DNA of 64,000 nucleotides from Synergistaceae bacterium (GTDB lineage Bacteria; Synergistota; Synergistia; Synergistales; Aminobacteriaceae): NCBI GenBank assembly GCA_017444345.1, contig JAFSWW010000080.1, positions 20,570 to 84,569 of the forward strand, read 5' to 3'. Shown piece by piece: positions 27,521 to 36,300 of this stretch (position 1 is its first letter; each line of letters starts with the position of its first letter). The notes under the pieces were generated by a model. It saw only the letters and a program-made list of their open reading frames with translations, ran no database searches and was not told where the DNA came from. The position numbers and the translations under genes were made by a program.

Positions 27521-28849
27521 TTATATTGCGCCTGAGTTATACACAGCACAACCCGCACAAAATGTCATAGTTACATCAATGCTTGCAATTTCTTCGGGAC
27601 TGACTAAAAACGGGTCTTGTTCGAGAATCACAAAATCCGCATCATTCCCGACCGCAATTTCTCCGCGCCTTGATTCATTTCCGCCGTTCCATGATGAAGC
27701 CCACGTGCAGACGCTCAAAGCCTCAGCAGTATTCAAGCCCCCTGATATTAGCGAGCTCATAATTTTTACTGGAGCTATTAAATTTTCTCCGCTCGAACCT
27801 GAAATCACTATACCATTTTGGAATGCCTCATGAATATAATTATTTTCTTGTTCATTGCTTGGATTCAGAGAAACAATGCCGCCCAGTCCTAATAAATTCA
27901 TACGGTCTAAAATATTCCCGCTGAAATTATTTAACAAGTGCCGGGAGTTCTTGCGCGTTCTCTTGATTACCCGTTCTAAAGCATTGACGCAGGATTTATT
28001 GTTATCGCTTATGACCTGACAGCCCGATAAATGAGCCGAATAAATCATCTTGTTCTGTTCGGTCTGATCAAGCTGCCCGCGAATTAGAATCCCTCCGACT
28101 TTACAAAATGGGAGGCCGTCCCCTGTTCTTAGTCCCGTTGCAAGAAATTCATTTAGATTATTGACATCATCAAAGCCGAAATTACAACGCAATCTAAATG
28201 TGAGCATATAATAAGCTTGAGTCGAGAAAATCTCCCAGAGTCTTTCTGCTTCATCGTGAAAATTCATCCATAATTCAGTAATTCCCAGTGCGTTAATTTT
28301 GGGCGCATAAGTCTTCACAAGATACAAAATATCTTCGTCGCTTAGTGCCGGTAAATGCTGAGTGAATTCGTCAAGCTCGACATTATTCTGCGGCATATTA
28401 AAAGCGTTCATTGCTTGAGAATTTAATACGGCCTGATTATTTGCCCGGGTAATTATGGCGCAGGGCATTGAAGGAACAATCGAGTCAAGCTCATCACGCG
28501 AAATAATTATATTTTCCGGGAAGTCATAAGCAATATACCAGCCTCTTAACGGCTTAGGATTCGCATTTGTGTAGGCTTTGAGTGAGTCGCTGAATTCTTT
28601 AACATTTTTGACGCTGCCGAGACTCAAACGCTCCTGACCTTCTGCCCATGACAAAAAATTTAGTCCAGAGTCGCAGAATCCCGGCAAAACTGTCCGCCCG
28701 TGAAGATCTATTATCTTCCCTGTTAGGCTGCTTGCGTCGTCATCAATTGAAACTATGCGGCCATGCTCAAACGTGATATTTGTAGCAGTATTCAGCGGTG
28801 TATGAATCCGGCCGTTTACGAGTGAAATTCTTTCCTGCTGAGACTGCAT
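27521..28849 (-). CDS. Amidohydrolase-superfamily protein with a degenerate metal site
   Basis: It has the YtcJ-like layout (VNGRIHTP...GRIVSID...IDLHGRTVLPGF). The expected DSHxH reads DSGLNF here. The C-terminus contains GNDADFVIL. Confidence 0.6.
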   Translation of the reverse strand: MQSQQERISLVNGRIHTPLNTATNITFEHGRIVSIDDDASSLTGKIIDLHGRTVLPGFCDSGLNFLSWAEGQERLSLGSVKNVKEFSDSLKAYTNANPKPLRGWYIAYDFPENIIISRDELDSIVPSMPCAIITRANNQAVLNSQAMNAFNMPQNNVELDEFTQHLPALSDEDILYLVKTYAPKINALGITELWMNFHDEAERLWEIFSTQAYYMLTFRLRCNFGFDDVNNLNEFLATGLRTGDGLPFCKVGGILIRGQLDQTEQNKMIYSAHLSGCQVISDNNKSCVNALERVIKRTRKNSRHLLNNFSGNILDRMNLLGLGGIVSLNPSNEQENNYIHEAFQNGIVISGSSGENLIAPVKIMSSLISGGLNTAEALSVCTWASSWNGGNESRRGEIAVGNDADFVILEQDPFLVSPEEIASIDVTMTFCAGCAVYNSGAI

Positions 28850-29113
28850 TTAATATAACCCGCTGTGCTTTGTGCCTATTCCGAAAATTTGCAGAGCTGA
28901 CTCCATTAATTCATTTTGCGATTTAACGAGAAATGCTCCCATAGCCATTTGAACTTTTGCTTGACTCAAGTCCATAGATGCTTGTGCTATGCTCATAGGG
29001 TCTGCGCCGCTTTCGAGAACTTTTGCGCTTGCTGCATTGGCTGTGTTTAAAGAATTCTGCATTAAAGCGAGTCCGTTTTGCCCGAGTTTGTCGTAACTGT
29101 TAAGACTTACCAT
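28850..29113 (-). CDS. Small protein, weakly YjfB-like (putative motility protein family)
   Basis: SIAQASMDLSQAKVQMAMGAFLVKSQNELMESA resembles the YjfB pattern. I prefer the start at the internal Met (MVSLNS), which has an upstream GGAGGGAG. Confidence 0.3.
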   Translation of the reverse strand: MVSLNSYDKLGQNGLALMQNSLNTANAASAKVLESGADPMSIAQASMDLSQAKVQMAMGAFLVKSQNELMESALQIFGIGTKHSGLY

Positions 29114-29373
29114 GATAAAAATTTCTCCCTCCATAAATATATAAAATATAAGCTAGTGAATTAATAAATTATATTCTACCAGTTTTATATTTGTCTCGTA
29201 TAAATCTCGGAGTTTTGCGCGAATTTATGAGGAAAATTTTACCGTGAATATTATAATAATTACTTAATTATTTTATTATGAGAAAGCGATTTTTACAGCT
29301 ACATTTACAGCTACAAAAAATTAATCTAATTTATTCCCCTGCAATGATTTACGAGTATAAAAATTTTTGTATG

Positions 29374-29539
29374 TTGTTAATTTTTTGCGCGATGATTCAT
29401 AGAAAAATTTTTGCTTGAATGCGATTATTTTTGCGTGTGTAAAAATTTGTGAGTCAGTGAAAAAATTTTCTTGCTGTTATTAATTTGCGATAAAAAATTT
29501 TGTCTTAATTCGATAATTTATGCGTATAAAAATTTCTGA
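29374..29539. repeat. AT-rich intergenic unit of about 70-80 nt, degenerate and present twice
   Basis: The unit ttgttaattttttgcgcgatg...aaaaatttttgcttgaatgcgattatttttgcgtgtgtaaaaattt recurs as tgttattaatttgcgataaaaaattttgtcttaattcgataatttatgcgtataaaaattt. Confidence 0.45.
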
Positions 29540-29611
29540 TATTTCCATTGAATCAATGTAAAATATTATATAATTCATGAATAAAAAATTTTATCAGGAG
29601 GCATTATAAAA

Positions 29612-29860
29612 ATGGAAACAAGGGTCGCCGTTATGAGCATTATCGTAGAAGACACTACAAAAATAGAGACTCTAAATAATATCTTGCATGAATACCGGGA
29701 TTATATAATCGGCCGCATGGGTCTGCCTTATCGACCTAAGAAAATAAATATTATCAGCATCGCACTTGACGCGCCTCAAGATATTATTTCTGCATTATCC
29801 GGAAAAATCGGCAATCTTGAAGGAGTCAGCGTAAAAACTGCATTCTCGAAAGATAATTAA
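29612..29860 (+). CDS. TM1266-family small regulator-like protein associated with [FeFe]-hydrogenase maturation
   Basis: It is an 82-aa ACT-like protein (RVAVMSIIVED...NILHEYRDYIIGRMGLPY) lying immediately upstream of hydE. This is how I remember the family context, so the call rests on recall. Confidence 0.55.
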   Translation: METRVAVMSIIVEDTTKIETLNNILHEYRDYIIGRMGLPYRPKKINIISIALDAPQDIISALSGKIGNLEGVSVKTAFSKDN

Positions 29861-29862
29861 TT

Positions 29863-30903
29863 TTGCGCGAATTAATTTACAAACTTGCTGAGACTCATTC
29901 TTTGACTCTTTCTGAATATGAGAGACTCATAAATGACAGGAACGAGGACTCTATAAAACTTTCTCGCGATTTGGCCGTTGAAGTCAGGGAGAAAATTTAT
30001 TCAAATTATATTTACGTCAGGGGCTTAATCGAGATTACTAATATTTGCAGGAATGATTGTTTTTACTGCGGAATCAGAAAGAGTAATAATTTTTGCGAAC
30101 GTTATAGATTGACTCCTGATGAGATTCTTTCATGCTGTAATGAAGGTTATAAACTCGGCTTCAGGACGTTTGTATTACAGGGCGGAGAAGATTTATATTT
30201 TAGTGATAAAGTTTTAGGCGGGATTATTCGCGAAATTAAATCAAGTTATCCCGACTGCGCTGTAACTCTTTCAATGGGAGAAAGGACGCGAGAAAGTTAT
30301 AAATTTCTCCGTGAAGCCGGAGCAGATAGATATTTACTCAGGCATGAGACAGCAGACTCGAGTCATTATTCACGACTCCACCCTGAAAATCTTTCATTTA
30401 TAAATCGCATGGAGTGTCTAAAAATTTTGCGTGAATTAAATTATCAAGTTGGCTGCGGCTTTATGGTAGGTTCTCCATTTCAGACGAGTGAGACTCTGGC
30501 AAAAGATTTAAAGTTTATTGAGACATTCAAGCCTGACATGTGCGGGATCGGGCCGTTCATTCCGCATAAAGATACACCGTTTAGAAATTTTCAGGCCGGG
30601 AGTCTTGAGCTTACTTGTTACTTGCTTGCGATTATAAGATTAATTTATCCGCCTGTATTGCTGCCTGCTACGACTGCACTGGGAACTATTGACCCATTAG
30701 GACGCGAGAAGGGCATTTTATCGGGTGCAAATGTCGTTATGCCTAATTTATCGCCTGTCAGTGTAAGGAAAAAATACATGCTTTATGACAATAAAATTTG
30801 CACCGGTGAAGAGAGCGCACAGTGTAAAAATTGCCTGAATAACCGAATGCAAAAAATAGGCTATGAAATTATAATTAACAGGGGAGATATAAAATTTTCG
30901 TAA
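29863..30903 (+). CDS. hydE: [FeFe]-hydrogenase H-cluster radical-SAM maturase HydE
   Basis: It has the CX3CX2C motif (CRNDCFYCGIR) and BioB-like architecture of about 346 aa, next to the TM1266-like gene. It uses a TTG start. Confidence 0.75.
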   Translation: MRELIYKLAETHSLTLSEYERLINDRNEDSIKLSRDLAVEVREKIYSNYIYVRGLIEITNICRNDCFYCGIRKSNNFCERYRLTPDEILSCCNEGYKLGFRTFVLQGGEDLYFSDKVLGGIIREIKSSYPDCAVTLSMGERTRESYKFLREAGADRYLLRHETADSSHYSRLHPENLSFINRMECLKILRELNYQVGCGFMVGSPFQTSETLAKDLKFIETFKPDMCGIGPFIPHKDTPFRNFQAGSLELTCYLLAIIRLIYPPVLLPATTALGTIDPLGREKGILSGANVVMPNLSPVSVRKKYMLYDNKICTGEESAQCKNCLNNRMQKIGYEIIINRGDIKFS

Positions 30904-30912
30904 TGCTATAAT
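30904..30912 (+). promoter_or_regulatory. Extended -10 element (TGcTATAAT) overlapping the hydE stop
   Basis: tgctataat lies at 30904-30912, about 19 nt upstream of the ATG of ORF 30931. I see no good -35 element. Confidence 0.35.
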
Positions 30913-30930
30913 ATATACGAGGAGTCCGGG

Positions 30931-31113
30931 ATGACGCGGACTAGAAGAAAATTGGCTGCCGACTTAAGGGCTGTACACCCTCAATCGGACTTATACCAAA
31001 TCGAAGATGCTTACTTTTTTAACGAGTTTATGAGGTCTGCAACAGCTTTTACAAGCATAGCAACGGCTCGAATAAAATCGGCCAAACCTTTCATAATCTC
31101 ACCCCCAAACTAG
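30931..31113 (+). CDS. Candidate 60-aa mini-protein in a GC-rich island, no recognisable family
   Basis: GAGGAG (30919-30924) lies 6 nt before the ATG. The stop is followed by a C5/G5 hairpin plus taattttc. Its composition is far more GC-rich than the neighbouring spacers. The region could instead be a structured RNA. Confidence 0.3.
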   Translation: MTRTRRKLAADLRAVHPQSDLYQIEDAYFFNEFMRSATAFTSIATARIKSAKPFIISPPN

Positions 31114-31130
31114 CCGGGGGAGTAATTTTC
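31102..31130 (+). terminator. Hairpin plus U-rich tail after the mini-ORF
   Basis: ccccc (31102-31106) pairs with ggggg (31116-31120) and is followed by agtaattttc. The G-run can alternatively pair with cccccgg at 31145-31151. Confidence 0.4.
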
Positions 31131-31281
31131 TACCCTTGCAACAACCCCCGGCATTATCGCTCGGGGTCATCCTGTTCCACTACCGCCGGAACTGTTATAT
31201 ATTCTAGCATAGTTAATAATTTCTCACTCAAACATGTTATAATGCGATTAAATTATATATTTTATTTTAGGAGATTCTCGC

Positions 31282-32022
31282 ATGAACAAAAAAAGTATAG
31301 GAATATTATATCTATGTACAGGCGATTATTATTTATGCTGGAAAGGTTTTCACGAATCTTTTGAGAAAAATTTTTTGCCCAATACAATAAAGAATTATTA
31401 CGTATTCACAGATCAAGTTGAAAATATCCCCGAAGATGAGCGCGTAAAAGTTTATTATATAGATCATTTGCCTTGGCCTTTAGTTACTTTGCTGAGATTC
31501 CACGTTTTTACTAGATTCAGAAAAGAAATAGAGAATAATGACTATTTAATGTTTGCTAATTCTAATCTGGCATGTTCGCAAATAGTTACAGAGGAAGAAT
31601 TTTTGCCCAGTGAAGAACAAGAGATCTCTGCAGTTATATGTCCTTGGGCATGGAATACAAAAGCTAGATATTATTTCGCATATGAACGCGACAAGAAATC
31701 AACTGCATATGTTCCTTATAACATAGAAGGACGTTATATAATGGCGGCTCTTTTCTGCGGACGTACAGATAAATTTTTGCAGATGTCAGAAATTCTGCAA
31801 GCTAGAATTAATAGAGATTTACATAATAAAATAATTGCTAAAATTGACGACGAATCATACTTTAACAGATATGTACTTGAAAATCGTAATTTTAGAATTC
31901 TTACTCCGGCTTATCTTTATGTACCTTTAGATAACATGCCATTTGAAAATAAGATTACTGTGCGCTCAAAAAGTGAATTATTTAACGTTAATTTAGCTAG
32001 GGGGGGGGACTCCTTGCAATAA
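31282..32022 (+). CDS. GT6-family glycosyltransferase (ABO blood-group transferase-like, bacterial NxN type)
   Basis: It is collinear by eye with bacterial GT6 enzymes as I recall them (BoGT6a type): GILYLCTGDYYLCWKGF, YYVFTD, PWPLVTLLRFH, FANSNL (NxN in place of DxD), ERDKKSTAYVP, EGRYIMAALFCG, DDESYFNRY and TPAYLY. Confidence 0.8.
   Translation: MNKKSIGILYLCTGDYYLCWKGFHESFEKNFLPNTIKNYYVFTDQVENIPEDERVKVYYIDHLPWPLVTLLRFHVFTRFRKEIENNDYLMFANSNLACSQIVTEEEFLPSEEQEISAVICPWAWNTKARYYFAYERDKKSTAYVPYNIEGRYIMAALFCGRTDKFLQMSEILQARINRDLHNKIIAKIDDESYFNRYVLENRNFRILTPAYLYVPLDNMPFENKITVRSKSELFNVNLARGGDSLQ
32000..32008 (+). repeat. Homopolymeric G9 tract inside the 3' end of the GT6 gene
   Basis: The sequence ctag-ggggggggg-actcc encodes R-G-G-D at codons 240-243 of 246. 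It is the longest G/C homopolymer I noticed in this AT-rich window. Confidence 0.95.
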
Positions 32023-32170
32023 CTCAACTAAGAGCTTTAAATCATTATCATTCCTTCCCAAAATTATAAGAGAACCTTTATTAGCTGTAAAAAGTAAAGT
32101 TAGAGAATTTATTTTTTACCGTATATATGACCTCCTTGCAATAAGAGACTCGATTTTATGCCGGCATTTA

Positions 32171-32224
32171 TGATTCATTCACAAATTATTCATACTGATA
32201 TGTTATGAATCACTATGATATAAT
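32171..32224 (+). promoter_or_regulatory. Candidate promoter/operator of the RND operon
   Basis: An inverted repeat tgattcat (32171-32178) / atgaatca (32205-32212) sits just upstream of an extended -10 tgatataat (32216-32224). Further tgaatYa-like half-sites follow. Confidence 0.4.
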
Positions 32225-32258
32225 GCAAAATCACATGAATTAATGATTTTTATATGAG

Positions 32259-33380
32259 GTGATTCACTTAATGCTTAAATTTTTTACGCGTGTAAGAATT
32301 CTTTTATGGATGTTAGCTTTAGTCGGGGTCGGCTTTCTTGTCAGCACTCAAGTACGTGCAAAACTGGCTCAGGCTGAAGCAAATTTACGTTCGCTCGAAA
32401 CTCAAACAGTAACAGTATATCCCGTTGAGACAGAAAATGTAACTACTTCAGATTGGAACACTTGGCGGAGCTATTACGGTCAGGCAAAGAGCGCACATAC
32501 ACAAAATATTACAACTTTTGAGCGCGAAATAGTAAAAAATGTAACTGTTGACGTGGGAAGCCCTGTTAAAGCTGGTCAGACGGTAATAACTCTTCAGGCA
32601 GCAGCAAGGGGCGCGCAGGTTCAATCAGGCAAGACAGCTTATGACGAGGCAAAATTAAATTATGAGAGACTCAGGCAGTTACACAAGAAGGGCGGAATTT
32701 CTCAAAGTGAAGTAGACGCAGCATATTCAAGACTTAAATCAGCTGAGGCATCATTAAGATCATCGCAGTCAACTTTACAGCGCACGAGTCTCAAAGCCAG
32801 CATTAACGGTATCGTATCAGCCCGCAATGTTGAGCCCGGAGAAGTAGCAGAGGCCGGAGCAGTCTTATTAGCAATAGTTGACCCTAAAGAAATGGAAGCC
32901 GAGTTAATGGTCTCAAAGAAGGACATCACGAAAATTAACACAAGAACACCCGTTGAAATTTACGTAGACGGCTCAAAACATATCGGACGAGTCAAAAGAA
33001 TCAGCCCCGAAGCTCAAAAAGGTTCAGGCTTATATCCTGTTGTTGTAGGACTGCCGGAGAATTCGGGAATTTTGCCGGGAACTTATGTAGAAGGCCGCTT
33101 TATGGTCAGCAGTCAAAAAAATGTCGTTGTAATTCCTTCAAATGTCGTGTTATATCGCGGAAATACTCAATCAGTTTATATCGCAGAAGATGATACAGCT
33201 AAAATCAGAAATATTACTACAGGTGAAGGACGGGAAGGCCGGGTCGTCGTTACTTCAGGACTCAAACCGGGCGAAAATTTAATCACTAGCGGAAATAGAG
33301 TACTTTATGACGGAGCTAATATAATAAATCAACGCGATCTAGCAGGCACTACTACAAACAAGAATTCTAACGAGGGTTAA
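32259..33380 (+). CDS. RND efflux periplasmic adaptor (membrane fusion protein)
   Basis: It has an N-terminal TM anchor, a coiled-coil hairpin (AYDEAKLNYERLRQL...VDAAYSRLKSAEASL) and beta-barrel segments. The ATG at 32271, with GAGGTG upstream, is the likelier start. Confidence 0.85.
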   Translation: MIHLMLKFFTRVRILLWMLALVGVGFLVSTQVRAKLAQAEANLRSLETQTVTVYPVETENVTTSDWNTWRSYYGQAKSAHTQNITTFEREIVKNVTVDVGSPVKAGQTVITLQAAARGAQVQSGKTAYDEAKLNYERLRQLHKKGGISQSEVDAAYSRLKSAEASLRSSQSTLQRTSLKASINGIVSARNVEPGEVAEAGAVLLAIVDPKEMEAELMVSKKDITKINTRTPVEIYVDGSKHIGRVKRISPEAQKGSGLYPVVVGLPENSGILPGTYVEGRFMVSSQKNVVVIPSNVVLYRGNTQSVYIAEDDTAKIRNITTGEGREGRVVVTSGLKPGENLITSGNRVLYDGANIINQRDLAGTTTNKNSNEG

Positions 33381-33386
33381 TATTTC

Positions 33387-36300
33387 ATGAGAGGATTTAT
33401 AAGATTTTGTATCACGCACCCAGTCTTTACTGGGTGTTCTGTTGTTATATGGATTTTGCTGGGAATCTCAAGTTATTTCACACTCGGAGTTACTCTTTAT
33501 CCAAATGTAGAATTGCCGTTTGTCTTAGTCCGCACGACTTATACAGGAGCAGGCCCTAACGAAATCGAGCAGTTAATAAGCAAGCCGCTTGAAGACGCAT
33601 TAGCAGACCTCGAAAATTTACACTCAATTAATACGTATTCAATTGAAGGTATATCAATGGTCGCCGTAGAAATGGAGTCAGGCACTAATCCCGATTTAGC
33701 ACTTGTTGACGTAAATAATAAAGTCAAAGCTAAGATTCCAGATTTGCCCGATGATGCTGACGAACCAGTTGCGAGTAAATTTGATATTAATGCACAGCCT
33801 TTCTTGATTGTCTCGTTCACTTCAGAGATGCCGGAGAAGACTGCCAAGAAAATGATCGAAGACAGAATACAACCCGTTGTAGCAAGAGTTGAAGGAGTCG
33901 GGCGCGTTGACGTAACAGGCGGAAGAGATAGAGAGATTCATATAAATTTAGATCCTGCTGCTTTGAGCGATTACGGGATTAATTATATGCAAGTCTGCAA
34001 TGTCGTAGCAGCTAACAATCAAACAACGCCTTCAGGTTATATCACTCAGACAAAAGATGAAGTCTCTTTGCGCTTAATGGGAGAATTTAATCAAGTCGAA
34101 CAGTTAGAAGATATATTAATTCCTACTCCGAACGGGCAGCCTGTGAGATTGTCAATGCTGGGAACAGTTACAGACGGCGAAAAAGATCAAAGAAGTATGG
34201 CGCGTGCAGATGGTCAGCCGGTTGTACAGTTAAGAATCAGCCCGCGTTCAAATGCTGATGTTGTCGAAGCAGGCCGGCAAATTAAAAGATTAATGGCTCG
34301 AACTATGAGAGATTATCCCGATTTCAAATATGAATACACTTATGATGACACGGGATTTGTCGAGTCAGCCGTAAAAAATATTATTCGTGATACAGCAATA
34401 GGAATCGCACTCACTGCACTTGTTATATATTTATTTCTTGGCAGATTCTCAGCTACGTTTATAGTCGCGTTCTCAATGCCGGTTGCTTTTGCGGCTACAT
34501 TTGTCCCGTTGCAGGTTCACGGCTACACGTTAAATTTAATGAGTACACTGGGACTCGCGCTTTCAATGGGAACTCTTGTAATGAACGCTATATTAATAAT
34601 TCAGAATATTTATAGATTCCGTGATATGGGCTACGAACCTTTTGAGGCCGCAGAAGAAGGCACGGTCGAAATTTCTATGTCAGTTCTTGCAGGAGTCTTA
34701 ACAAATTTGGGAGTCTTCATGCCCGTTGCTTTAATGAGCACTATAGCAGGACAATTTTTGAAGCCCTATGCTATTACAATTGTATATGCTACTGCGTTTT
34801 CATTATGGGTAACAATGGCCGTTACTCCCTGTTTAGCAGCAAGAATCAAGAAACAAAAAGGGGACTCGGCCGAGCTGCCATTAATCGGCAAAATTTTAAC
34901 AGGCTGGTGGAACTGGATATTTGACGGATTCAGAGATTTATTCTTTATAATTCTGCACTTAGCTATGAGATTCCCATTTACTACAGTGTTATTAACTATT
35001 TTAGCGACATATGGATCTCTGAAACTGGGCGGCTTTCTCGGAACTCAATTCACGCCCTCAACTGATGACGGAACAGTAAGAATAACTCTCACGCTTGATA
35101 ATAACTCGTCGATTTATAGGACTGCTGATTTAGTTTACAAGGTCGAAGATTATATTAATACTTTATCAGACAGAAAATATATAAAAAATGTAGTCTCAAC
35201 TGTTGCAAGCTCAATGAGAAGTCAATCAATCAGTGAGGCACAAATCGCGCTGTATTTAAATAATGACCCTGACAGGCCTTCAACTGAAGATTTAGCCGAT
35301 AAAATTCGTCCATGGCTTGAGAGATTGCCGGGCGTTGATATTTCCATTGCTGCGACTCGTTCAGGATTCGGGAATCCCATAGAGATTCAAATTAAGGGTC
35401 AAGACCTGAATCAATTATATACAATTGCTGAAGAAGTCAGAGCAAGAGGCCGAAAAGTTCCCGGAGTCCGAGACCTGAAAATAGAAATGGAAATGGGTAA
35501 GCCTGAATTACAAGTTGCGCCTATCAGATGGCGTTTATCTCCATTAGGATTAAATATTTCAGATTTAGCGAGCATTGTACGAGGCTACTTAATAGGACGT
35601 GAGGCGGGCAAATTCAGACAGGGCGGTTATGAATATGACATAATGGCAAGAATCGAACGCGAGAAAGCAAGCGATATTTTTAACGCTCATGAACTGCCAA
35701 TTATGACGAGTTACGGACTTGTCCCGCTTGATGAGATGTCCGATATATCATGGAGCGACTCACCTACTGAAATTAGACGAGTCGAACGTCAACGCGCTGT
35801 AGTTGTAACCGGACGAGTACGTTATATCACAGCAGGCGAGGGCAATGCTTTAATGCGTCAGGTCGTCGACAGTATGACTCTTCCTGAGGGTGTAAGTGTA
35901 AATTTCGGCGGTGAACAGGAAGACATGGCCGAGAACTTCACGGAGTTACTGCGCACGTTAATTATTGCAATTGTAGTTACATATTTAGTCGTTGCTGCAA
36001 TTCTTGAGAGCTGGACATATAGTATTATAATTCTCGCTACTGTTCCTATGGCGGCAATTGGAGTCGTCCCTGCGATGTTAATCAGTGGCGTAAATATTTC
36101 GATATTTGCTTTAATCGGCATGATTATGCTTGTCGGAATGGTCGTAAATAATGCAATAGTCGTTATAGATTATGCGGAAGTCTTGAGGCTCAAGGGCACA
36201 AATCCATATCAGGCAGTCGAGGAGGCTTGCCACGTTAGATTTAAATCGCTGTTAATGGCCGTAGTTACTTCTGTTGTGTCGCTCGTTCCGTTGTTGTCGA

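Noticed and set aside
30904-31209. That the GC-rich island is tmRNA, SRP RNA, RNase P, 6S, a TPP or cobalamin riboswitch, or group II intron domain V.
   Set aside because: I looked on both strands for the hallmark strings and found only fragmentary resemblances. The hallmarks checked were:
- tmRNA: GGGG...UUCGAC at the 5' end, plus a T-arm and CCA
- SRP RNA: GGAAGGAAGCAGC-type
- RNase P: GAGGAAAGUCCGGGC and ACAGAA.CCGGCUUA
- TPP riboswitch: CUGAGA...UAAUGCC in that order
- cobalamin riboswitch: the B12 box
- group II intron: the domain V hairpin

The identity is left open pending a covariance-model search.
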